From positions 93,014-157,013 of the forward strand of contig CAVSFL010000009.1 in the NCBI GenBank assembly GCA_963727295.1: DNA of 64,000 nt. The letters run 5' to 3'. Under the pieces are notes generated by a model, which was not told the DNA's origin, did not search any database, and worked only from the letters and a program-made list of their open reading frames with translations. This stretch comes from an uncultured Acidobacteriaceae bacterium (GTDB lineage: Bacteria > Acidobacteriota > Terriglobia > Terriglobales > Acidobacteriaceae). This document shows, in pieces, positions 53,983-63,404 of this stretch (position 1 is its first letter; each line of letters opens with the position of its first letter). The position numbers and the translations under genes are program-made.

Positions 53983-54360
53983 TCACGGCTCGGTTTTCGA
54001 TTGCGAATCGACAATCGCATCGATGATTGCGCGCTCGATGCAGGTGCTCGCATGCTCGGAGAAGTCCCGCTCCGGATCCGTCGGAAAGGTACTCACGGCG
54101 GCCAGCAGCCCAATGTTACCCTCCTGAATTAAATCCAAGATAGACAGACCTGATGATGAGTGTCGTTCCGCAATCTCTACGACCAGAGAGAGCCGGCTTT
54201 CAATGAGTCGTCTTTTCGCAAGCTCTGCCTGTTTTGCATTTGGGCTTTGTGTCTGTAACCAGAGCACCTTCTCTTCTTCTTTCGTTAGAGGCGCAATATT
54301 GGCGGCCTCCCTCAGATACATGCTCACAGGATCGTTACCGTCAGATTGTCTCGTTTCCAT
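53983..54360 (-). CDS. Sigma-70 region 1.2 + region 2-only mini-protein (no regions 3/4)
   Basis: DPVSMYLREAANIAPLTKEEE (r1.2) and AKRRLIESRLSLVVEIAERH...GLSILDLIQEGNIGLLAAVSTF (r2.1/2.2). Then DFSEHASTCIERAIIDAI where RpoD has FSTYATWWIRQAITRAI. The protein ends after 125 aa. Confidence 0.7.
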   Translation of the reverse strand: METRQSDGNDPVSMYLREAANIAPLTKEEEKVLWLQTQSPNAKQAELAKRRLIESRLSLVVEIAERHSSSGLSILDLIQEGNIGLLAAVSTFPTDPERDFSEHASTCIERAIIDAIVDSQSKTEP

Positions 54361-54693
54361 CGATCTGTCCGTTTACGGCAACTTTGATTAGGTGCTGTCC
54401 CTACAAGACTCGGATTCTTTTTGCATCTACCCAGCACCCCGCCTGCGGCTGCGTGCCGGGCTAAGTTATGCCGTGCCTCCGCACTCGATTTTCCTTGTCC
54501 GGTCCGCTGCCGCGCTCGTAAAACAACTTCTCGGAATGCCTGCGGGCGCTTCTCCGCTCTAATCCCGAACTTTCGGCACGAAGTCTACATACAGTCTTCG
54601 CGAGACTCCGTCCAATATATGAAATCGTGACGAGGATGGCCATGTCGTGCGCGGCGCGGCCTGACGCGTCATGGTATTCTCTCGCGGGGATCA

Positions 54694-55575
54694 GTGCCTA
54701 TGACGTCTTCTTTTCATCCCAAGACAATTTTGTTGGCCACTGATTTTCTGGAAAGCTCCAGGCTCGCGCTGGACTTCGCGGTAGGCTTCGCCCACCATTA
54801 CAAGTCGGAATTGATCCTGCTGCACGTCTTCCATTTGCCACCGGCGGCTGCCGAAGCCGAGGTGCTGCACGGCGGACCGAGCATGTCGCGGCTCAGCCGG
54901 GAAAAGCGTCTGGAGATTTTTGCTGCCGGTGTACGCCGGCTGGGCATTGACGTCAAATGGCGTCTGGAAGAAGGTTGGATGCCCGAAAGCCTGCTGGAAC
55001 GGACCAGGGAAATCGCTCCTGATCTTCTTGTGCTTGGAACGCACGGAGTAAGCGCCGGACTGCAGCACATGCTCATCGGCTCCAACGCGGAAGAGGTGCT
55101 GCTATCGGCGCCGTGCCCGACGCTCACGGTCGGACGCCACGTGCCGGCCGGTGTCAGTCCGGACATTTCCTTTGACCACATTCTCTACATCACCGATCTG
55201 ACGCCGGAATCGGCTGCGGCGGCGCCCTATGCGGTTGCGCTGAGCGAGGAATTCCATGCGCGCATCGAGGTATGCCACTTGCTGGACGGCGATGGCGACG
55301 ATGACACGGAGACGCAACGCCGTCAGGCCGACAAATACTGTGAGGCGGTGGGCCGCATGCTCCCCAATGGCGAGCCCTCCTGGTGCTCGTCCCGAGCGCA
55401 ACTGGAGCACGGCGCGACGGCTGACGAGATCCTGAAGCGCACGATCAACGACACCGCTGGCCTGGTGGTGTTAGGCGTCCGAGCCGAGTCGCAGTTCGGC
55501 AGGCGGCTACATACCAGCATGGCGTATCGACTGGTCGCCAGCGCGGCGTCCCCGGTGTTCACAGTTTGCGGGTAG
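54694..55575 (+). CDS. Universal stress protein, tandem UspA domains
   Basis: Two Usp units (ILLATDF...ELILLHV...LLVLGTHG and ILYITDL...VVLGVR...). The start is GTG 54694 or ATG 54700. Confidence 0.8.
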   Translation: MPMTSSFHPKTILLATDFLESSRLALDFAVGFAHHYKSELILLHVFHLPPAAAEAEVLHGGPSMSRLSREKRLEIFAAGVRRLGIDVKWRLEEGWMPESLLERTREIAPDLLVLGTHGVSAGLQHMLIGSNAEEVLLSAPCPTLTVGRHVPAGVSPDISFDHILYITDLTPESAAAAPYAVALSEEFHARIEVCHLLDGDGDDDTETQRRQADKYCEAVGRMLPNGEPSWCSSRAQLEHGATADEILKRTINDTAGLVVLGVRAESQFGRRLHTSMAYRLVASAASPVFTVCG

Positions 55576-55588
55576 AAGAACACGATAG

Positions 55589-55713
55589 CCACCACGCTAG
55601 CGTGGTGAATCGGAAATTCGTTTACGAATGGACGAGGCCTTCGACTTTTGCCTCAGGGCCTAAAGGCCGACATTTTTCTTATGCGGCGGTTCGGCACGAC
55701 TGAAGTCGTGCCC
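55589..55713. repeat. REP-like hairpin cluster
   Basis: CCACCACGC-tag-GCGTGGTG (55589-55607), GGCCTAAAGGCC, and GGCACGACTGAAGTCGTGCC (55693-55712). Confidence 0.75.
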
Positions 55714-55857
55714 TGATACAAACCGCGCTTTATGTAATGAACTTCCGATTCAGGACACTAGAGCCCGGCTGCGAGTAGCATGGCTCTCCTGACAGCAACT
55801 GCGGTGCGATCTTCTTTGTCGCGCCCGTTCTTACCTACTACACTTAATTGAAACCCT

Positions 55858-57208
55858 GTGACCAGACGCCTGCCATTATTGCTTCGCCAAGCCATGTACA
55901 ACCTGCGTGGCGGCTTCCTGGTTCGCCCGCTCGCGATTGTGGTGGTGCTGGGCGGAGCAGGGGCGCTGTTCTCGTGGCTGGAAGAAGAATTTCCGGTAGT
56001 CAGCACCTGGGTGCCAAAGGTCCTCTTCCCTTCCCACTCCGACCCGCAGATTGCCCAGGCGATCCTCAGCGACATTGCCACCTCTACCATGACGGTGGTG
56101 TCGATCGTCTTCGCCATCCTGCTCATGACGCTAACGCTGGCGTCGATGCAGTTTTCTCCGCGCATCATTGTCAGCTTCTCGCGCGATCGCGTGACGCAAT
56201 GGACACTGGGAATCTTTCTGGGCACGTTCTCTTACTGCATGGCGGCGCTGCCCACGGCGCGGAGTCTGCCGCATCCCTTCGCGCCGGTAGGGACGGTGCT
56301 GGGTGCCATGGTGCTGGCGCTGTGCTGCGTCGGCTTACTGCTGTTCTTTATTCACCACATCTCGCAGGCGATCAGCGTCAATAACATCGTCGACCGGATC
56401 GCAGCGGAAACGGATGCGATGATCGACGAGGTGATGCCGTGGCCGCATCATCCGGAACGGCCCGACCGGGTTGAGCCGCTGCGGCCGAATCCAACAGAAG
56501 CGCCGATCCTGAGCTCGACATCCGGCTATATCCGGTTTGTCGACAAGAACCAGCTGGTGGCAGTGGCCAAGCACTCTCACGTCACCGTGCGGGTGTTACG
56601 GCGCGTCGGTCACTTCGTTCCGGCGGGAGTGCCGCTGATGATGGTCTCCAAGGCGAACCGGCTCTCAGAGACGGCAACGGAGGAGTTGCTGGCCGCTTTC
56701 GACCTGGGCCCGACGCGGACGCTGCAGCAGGACATCGAGTTCGGTGTGTTGCAGATTGTCGATGTTGCGCTGCGCGCCATCTCGCCGGCGGTCAACGATC
56801 CCACCACGGCCATCAACTGCGTCGACCAGCTAAGCCGCATCCTGATTCGTTTCGCCTCGCGCCAGGCGCCGGACGATCTGCTCTACGATCCTCCCGGGAT
56901 CGTTCGCGCCAGCATAGAGCTCGATGCACTTCGACCGCCTGCTGGAGGCGGCCTTCGAGCAGATCCGCATTTATTCCAGAAGCGACATGGCCGTGAGTTT
57001 GCGGCTGCTGCGCGCGTTGAACGACATTGCCGTCACGACCGCCGATCCGGAATACCGCCGCACCCTTGCGGAACAGGGCTGGCGAACGGTCGCCGGCTGC
57101 GCCGAACGCTTCAGCGAAGAAGAGATGCGGGAGCTGGGGGCGCGTCAGGCGGCGCTGCAGAGTTTGAGCACGGTGTTGCAATCAGGCGTGGCCGCCCCTC
57201 AGCCGTGA
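55858..57208 (+). pseudogene. DUF2254-type membrane protein; +1 frame break near 56925-56928
   Basis: ORF 55858-57321 is plausible up to ...IVRASIELDA, then becomes Arg/Gly-rich nonsense. ORF 56924-57208 in the next frame reads (M)HFDRLLEAAFEQIRIYSRSDMAVSLRLLRALNDIA, the expected conserved C-terminus. Confidence 0.7.
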
Positions 57209-57354
57209 GTAGCCGCATTGTCACAGGCTGCCTCACAAAGTCACCGCGCGACGTTCGCGCTCAGTGGTCCCCGTCATCTACCATACCGAGACCGACGGTT
57301 CGCCGGGCAGCATCCGGCTGACAACTGACAACCGGCAACTGACAACTGTTTCTC

Positions 57355-58585
57355 ATGGCTGAGCACACTGCGATCTTCAAGGAACTGTCCTACATCTTCA
57401 TCGCCGCCATTCTTGGCGGAGCGGTGGCATGGCGGCTGCGGCAACCGCTGATTCTTGGCTACGTGCTGGCGGGAATCGCGATCAGCCCGTTCACGCCTGG
57501 ACCGGCGGTTCGCGCGGCGCACACGTTTCAGATCGTCGCCGAGGTCGGCGTGGTGCTGCTGATGTTCTCCATCGGCCTGGAATTCTCGCTGGACGAACTG
57601 GCCGAGGTGAAGTGGGTGGCGCTGGCCGGCGGACCGCTGGGCGTGGTGCTGCTCTCGGCGCTGGGTGCGGGCGTGGGCGCCATTGTTGGGCTGGGGCGCG
57701 CGGTGCGGCATGGTGGTCGGGATGATCATCTCGGTCGCCAGTACGATGGTGCTGTCGCGGCTGCTGATGGACAGCGGCGAGCTGCAATCACCGCACGGCA
57801 AGGTGATGATCGGCATCACGCTGGTGGAGGACCTGGTTGTGGTGGTGCTGACCATCCTGATGCCGGTGCTGGCCAGCCTGTCGCCGCATCATCTGCTGGG
57901 CGTCGCGATGGCGCTGGGCAAGGCCGCGCTGATCCTGGCGCCCATTGGATTTCTCGCCGTGTACCTCGTGCCACGGTGGCTGGCGCAGGTGGCACGCGCG
58001 GAGAACAAAGAGCTGTTCCTGCTGGTGATCCTGGCGATCTGCCTGGGCACGGCGGCGCTAACCGAAGCGGTTGGGTTGTCGCTGGCGTTGGGAGCGTTTG
58101 CGGCCGGGCTGATCGTGAGCGCGTCCGATTATGCGCATCGGGCGCTCGATCAGATGCTGCCGCTGCGCGATGCGTTCGTGGCGCTGTTCTTCGTGACGGT
58201 GGGAACGCTGATGAATCCGCGAGCCGTGTTTCTCCGGCCGGGCCTGCTGTTGACGGTTCTGCTGCTGGTGATCGTGGGCAAATTCGTCGTGTGGACTGGG
58301 GTAGTGCGGCTGTTTCGCTACCGGCTGCGGACAGCGGCGCTGGTTGGGACCGGGCTGACGCAGATCGGAGAATTCTCGTTCATCCTGGTGCAGGTGGCGC
58401 ACGCCAACGCGCTGGTGGGCGATGAGCTCTACCACGCGACGCTGGCGGCGTCGCTGATCTCAATCCTGATCAATGCCACGCTGGTGCGCACGATGCCAGC
58501 CTGGCTGAATGCGGCGCAAGGTGGGGTAATCGGGCGGGTACTCCCCGGGGATTTGCGGTTGCAGGCGGGCGGGTCGGAGGTCTAG
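57355..58585 (+). pseudogene. CPA2-family cation:proton antiporter (Kef/NapA-like membrane domain); +1 frame break near 57680-57710
   Basis: ORF 57355-58425 is membrane-like up to ...GAGVGAIVGLG, then turns Arg-rich. ORF 57665-58585 in the next frame continues LGWGAR.GMVVGMIISVASTMVLSRLL...GAFAAGLIVS... Confidence 0.8.
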
Positions 58586-58855
58586 AATTGCACTACTCTG
58601 GTGCATTCTCCCGCCTCGCGAAGGTGGTTCCTCACAGCAATCGGTCGATCTGCCAACATGACGGTGCAACATACTGGGTTTTCCACAGAATAGCCCCAAC
58701 ATATTGCGGTTTGTATCTTGACCGCCATTGCCCAGAGAAGTAAAGTTGGGGTTAATTTCTGGGGATTTTCCGGTTCGGCCTGCCGTTCTTCGAGATTTTC
58801 CGGCCGCCCGCACCGCTGACGTTTTGGCTCAGCTTGACCGCGTAAGGAGTGCGTT

Positions 58856-61800
58856 TTGCTCAAGTTAAAGAAGCTCCAAATCCTCGGCTTCAAGTCGTTC
58901 TGCGACCGCACCGACCTCCGCTTCCAGGGCGAGGGCATCACCGCCATCGTCGGCCCCAACGGCTGCGGCAAGTCGAATATCTCCGACGCCATCTCCTGGG
59001 TGCTGGGCGAGCAGTCGGCGCGGCTGCTGCGCGGCGTCCACATGCAGGACGTCATCTTCGCCGGCACGCGCGAGCGCAAGCCCACCGGCATGGCTGAGGT
59101 GTCGCTGACGCTGGTTGACCCGGAAGTCTACGGCGATGTCGCCGAGCCGGAGATCGACATTCAGGACGAGATGACGGAGGACGATTGGGACGAGGCGGCC
59201 CAGCGTGCCACTCGCGCCGCCGATGTCGAGAGCTACTCCGAGGAAGTGCGGCCGGGACAGACGGATGAAGAAGGTGCGACGGCAGTTTCGGGTGCAGCCC
59301 CTGATACAGGCGAGTCTGCGGACGCTCAGGATACGGTGCCTGAATCAGAAAGTTGTCATCACGAGCGAAGCGAGGGATCTGCTGTTAGCCCCGCGGCAGA
59401 AGCCGAGTCGGCGACCGCCAGTACACCCCAAGTCGTCCTGAAGATTCGCCGCCGCAAGTTCAAGCGGACCTTCAAGGCCGGCGAAATCCAGATCACGCGG
59501 CGTCTCTTCCGCTCCGGCGAAAGCGAATACCTGCTGAACGGCAAGCTCTGCCGCCTGCGCGACATTCAAGACATCTTCATGGGCACCGGCCTTGGCCCCG
59601 AGTCGTACGCCATCATCGAGCAGGGTCGCATCGGGCAGATCCTGAGCAGCAAGCCGACCGATCGTCGCGCCATCATTGAAGAGGCTGCCGGCATCACCAA
59701 GTACAAAGCGCGCAAGCGGCTGGCCGAAGCGCGCCTGGAAGACGCCAAGCTCAACCTGAACCGCATCAACGACATCTTCGACGAAGTGACGCGGCAGATG
59801 AATTCGCTGAAGCGGCAGGCGTCGAAGGCTGAGCGCTACGCCAAACTGCGCGACGAGATGCGCGTCAAGCTGCGCGTCGTATTGGCGAGCAAGTTTGCCC
59901 AGCTTGATGTGGAAGCTGCGACGCTGGAGCAGCAACTCAGCGAAGTTGCCAATGAGATTCATGCGCAGAGTGAGGCCGTGCAGCAGATGGAAGGCGAGCA
60001 CGGCGAGCGCACCCAGCGCGGCTATGCCATCGAGCGCGAGTCGCAGGAGAATCGCGAGAAGCTGAACTCGTTGGCACTCGATCTGGATCGCGCGGCGGCT
60101 CGCCGCCGCACCAATGAAGAGCGCTGTGCGGAACTCGATGCCCGTTCCGCCGGTGCGCAGGCGGAGATCGCCAACACCGAAGAGCATTCTGGGCGCCTGC
60201 AGCAAGAGCTGGAAACCGATCGCGCGACGCTGGAGTCGGCAAATGGCGATGTTGCGAACGCGCAGCAGGAGTTGCAACAGCGACAGCAGGAAGCCTCCTC
60301 GGCTTCCGCATTGCTGATCGAAGTCGAGCGCAAGCAGGAAGAGCGGCGCGATGCAATTCTGCAGGCGGTGTCAGGAGCTTCCGCGGTTCGCAATCGCATC
60401 ACGCAAGCGGAAGAACGCATGGCCGCGCTCAACCGCGAGTCGCAGCGACTGGACAGCGAACGGAACACGGCCAATCAGCAACTGGAGAGCTTCGGCGGGC
60501 AGCGCGGACAACTTGGGCTGGAGTTCGAGACGGTTTCGCAACGAGTGATCATGATCTCGGCGCAGATTGTCGACACGCGTTCCAAGCTGGAAGCGAAGCG
60601 CACCGCTGAGACCGAAGCCAAGCGCCAGCTCGATTCCATGCGCGGCGAATATGCGTCGCTGATGGGCAAGCGCGCCTCGCTGGAAGGCGCCATCACCGAG
60701 CATGGCTACGCGACCGATTCCGTGCGCAAGCTGTTCACTTCGGGAGCGCTGCAAGGTGGGACGCGCGCCCGCAGGCGTGCTGGCAGACTTTCTCGAGGTT
60801 GAAGATCGTTACGAGCACGTGGTCGACGACTTTCTGCGCGATGAGTTGAACTACATCGTGGTGAAGTCGTGGGATGCGGCGGACGAAGGTCTGCGGCTGT
60901 TGCGGACCGATGTCGATGGCCGGGCGACATTCCTGGTTCATCCCGAAGATTCGCAGGCGAAGTTCTCGTTTGACTTCAACGAGTCGATGCATCACGTCTC
61001 GCACGCCGATACGGTTGTTCCCCTCAAGAACTGCATTCGCGTACTCGACGGCTTTGGCAAGTCGCTGGAAGTGATTCTGCCCAAGCTGGGCAACGGGTAC
61101 ATCGTGCCCGATCCCGAAGTCGGACGCACGCTCGCGCTGGAAAATCCTGATGCGTTCTTCCTCTCGCGATCGGGCGAGTGCTTCCATAACGTGACCGTCA
61201 CCGGCGGCAAACAGCGCAGCCAGGGCCCGCTCTCGATGAAGCGCGAACTGCGCGATGTGCTGCTGCAGATGGGCGAACTGGAGCGCGCCATCGGCGAGAA
61301 GGAGACCTTCATCGCTGCGGTCGCACGCGAAATCGCTGACCTGACGGAGTTGGTCGAGCGGTTGGAAGACGAGAAGCGCGAATCGGAACGCGAAGCTATG
61401 ACCTCCGAGCACACGCTGCGCCAGCTGGAAGGCGAGATGACACGCGTGCGCGAGCGGCTCTCAACGTACGAGCGCGAGCTGCAACGAATCGACGAAGAGC
61501 ACAGCGATCGGGAGAATTTCATTACCTCGCAGCTGGTCGAACTGTTCCAGCACGAGGAGAAGCAGCGCGGGCTGGAAGCCGAGATGCAGGAGGCGCAGAG
61601 CAATCTGGAGGTTCTGCGACAGCATCGCGATGATGCGGCGCAGATCGCTGCCGACGTTCGCGCCAATGTTGCGATGCTGGAAGAACGCCGCCGCGGAGCC
61701 ATGCTCACCGTGCAGCGCATTGAGGCGATGTTGTCGGAGGTTTCGGCGCATCTGGCGAAGTTGAAGGCGCAGCTTGAGGCGGCGATCGCCGAGAAGCAGC

Positions 61801-62799
61801 AGCGCGAGGCGGAGAACGTTCATCTTGCGGAGCAGGTCATTGCGTGGACGGCTGAGCGCGAAGCGCGCGCAGCAGCGCGATCGCGAGTTGCAGGAAGAAT
61901 TGCAGGCCGTGCGTCTGCGCATCGTCGAGCTGGAAGAAGTGTTGAAGTCGGCGCGCGAGGCGCTGGATGCGGCGCGCGATCGCCGCGGGGAACTCTCAGC
62001 CGCGCAGGCGCGAGTGCAGTCCGACGTTCAGCACATGGCCGAGACCTGCATTCAGGAACTCAGCCAGCAGCGCGACGAATTGATGGCCGACACTTCCCTG
62101 CCCCGCGTCGCGGGCGAGGAGCTGATCAGCGAAGACAACGCCTATCGCGAGATGCGCACGCGGCTCGACAACATGGGCCCGGTGAACATGATGGCGCTGG
62201 AGGAGTACAAGGAGACGGCCGAGCGGCATCAGTTCCTGGAGACGCAGCGGCAGGATTTGCTGCAATCGATCGAGAACACACAGAATACGATCAAAGAGAT
62301 CGACGTCATCTCGCGGCAGAAGTTCGAAGAGGCGTTCAACATCATCAACGAGAACTTCGGCAAGACGTTCAGCAAGCTCTTCGGCGGCGGCCAGGGCTTC
62401 ATGCGGCTGACCGATCTGGAAAACTCGATGGAAAGCGGGATCGACGTGGTGGCGTCGCCTCCGGGCAAGAAGCTGCAGAATGTGCTGCTGCTTTCCGGCG
62501 GCGAGAAGGCGCTGACCGCGCTGGCGCTGCTGGTGGGCATCTTCCAGTATCAGCCCAGCCCGTTCTGCATTCTCGACGAGGTTGACGCGCCGCTGGACGA
62601 AGCCAACGTCGGCCGCTTCACCGAACTGGTGCGCGACATGAGCGTGCAGACGCAGTTCATCATCATCACCCACAGCAAGAAGACGATGAACATGGCGCCG
62701 GTGCTCTACGGTGTGACCATGCAGGAGCCAGGCGTGTCGAAGCTGGTGTCGGTACGCTTCGGCGAGGAGAAGGCGGCGCTGGTGGTGGCGAGGGCGTAG
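58856..62799 (+). pseudogene. smc: Chromosome partition protein SMC, broken by two +1 frame shifts (~60758-60772 and ~61863-61871)
   Basis: Three successive ORFs in frames 2, 3 and 1. The head carries Walker A GPNGCGKSN. The hinge is GVLADFLEVEDRYEHVVDDFL...NYIVV. The C-terminal head has LSGGEKALTALALL and ILDEVDAPLD. An AAGGAG RBS precedes the TTG at 58856. Confidence 0.9.
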
Positions 62800-62815
62800 T
62801 CGGCGTTTCGCACGG

Positions 62816-63223
62816 CTACCAGATCTCCAATTCGAATTTTCGGTAGCGATGGACCATTTCGAAGTCCGCGCGATTGCTGGTGATGACGCGTGCCCCGTGA
62901 GACCGGGCGCTGAGGGCGATCAACACGTCAAAGTGCAGGTCACGGAGCTGAGCAGGCGTCAGCCTTCTATCCAGGTAGATCTTGCCCAGTAATTGCCCTG
63001 ACTCCAACCAATTCTTCTCGGTCGGAGTCAGGATAGGATGGTTTCTCTCTAGGCTCTGAAGAAATGCGCGCTCGGCAGCATTGGTCGCACCGCGCCACAA
63101 TTCCGCCAGCACGACGGCGGATGTCCTGATCAGGCCATGGATAGCGTCGATGCGCTGCTGGTGCCGCCCGGTGCGCAGCTGATCGACGATCACCGAGGTG
63201 TCAAAGATTAGGATGCTACTCAT
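62816..63223 (-). CDS. vapC: PIN-domain toxin VapC
   Basis: ILIFDTSVIVD (first acidic residue), ...VVLAELW..., ...DVLIALSA...VITSNRADF. The start is ATG 63223, or possibly 63235. Confidence 0.8.
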   Translation of the reverse strand: MSSILIFDTSVIVDQLRTGRHQQRIDAIHGLIRTSAVVLAELWRGATNAAERAFLQSLERNHPILTPTEKNWLESGQLLGKIYLDRRLTPAQLRDLHFDVLIALSARSHGARVITSNRADFEMVHRYRKFELEIW

Positions 63224-63404
63224 CGAGGCCGGCAAAGGTGAGCTTGCCGGCGTTCCTGGTCATCAGCTTCTGGAAGTTCTTGCGAGCGAGAACTTCTCTC
63301 AGCGCTGCATGGATGGCCTCCGTTCGCGTCTTCACGCCCAGGGCCTCGGCCGCCTCATCTGCCAACTTCGTGTCGAGTCGTATTGATGTCAATGTCGCCG
63401 CCAT
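63216..63404 (-). CDS. vapB: VapB-type (DUF2191-like) antitoxin
   Basis: MAATLTSIRLDTKLADEAAEALGVKTRTEAIHAALREVL pattern. Its stop lies 2 nt from the vapC ATG at 63223. Confidence 0.75.
   Translation of the reverse strand: MAATLTSIRLDTKLADEAAEALGVKTRTEAIHAALREVLARKNFQKLMTRNAGKLTFAGLDE

Noticed and set aside
58679-58687. TTTTCCACA upstream of smc matches the DnaA-box pattern TTWTNCACA. A direct repeat GATTTTCCGG also occurs at 58764 and 58793.
   Set aside because: A single 9-mer match is expected by chance. There is no cluster of boxes, no AT-rich unwinding element, and no dnaA or dnaN nearby. The 10-nt direct repeat alone does not support an origin or operator call.
428-61871. Programmed +1 ribosomal frameshifting as the explanation for the seven frame breaks.
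   Set aside because: The sites share no motif, no prfB-like SD-plus-slippery-codon arrangement, and no conserved stop at the shift point. Several unrelated housekeeping genes are affected, one of them twice. Artefact or mutation is far more parsimonious.
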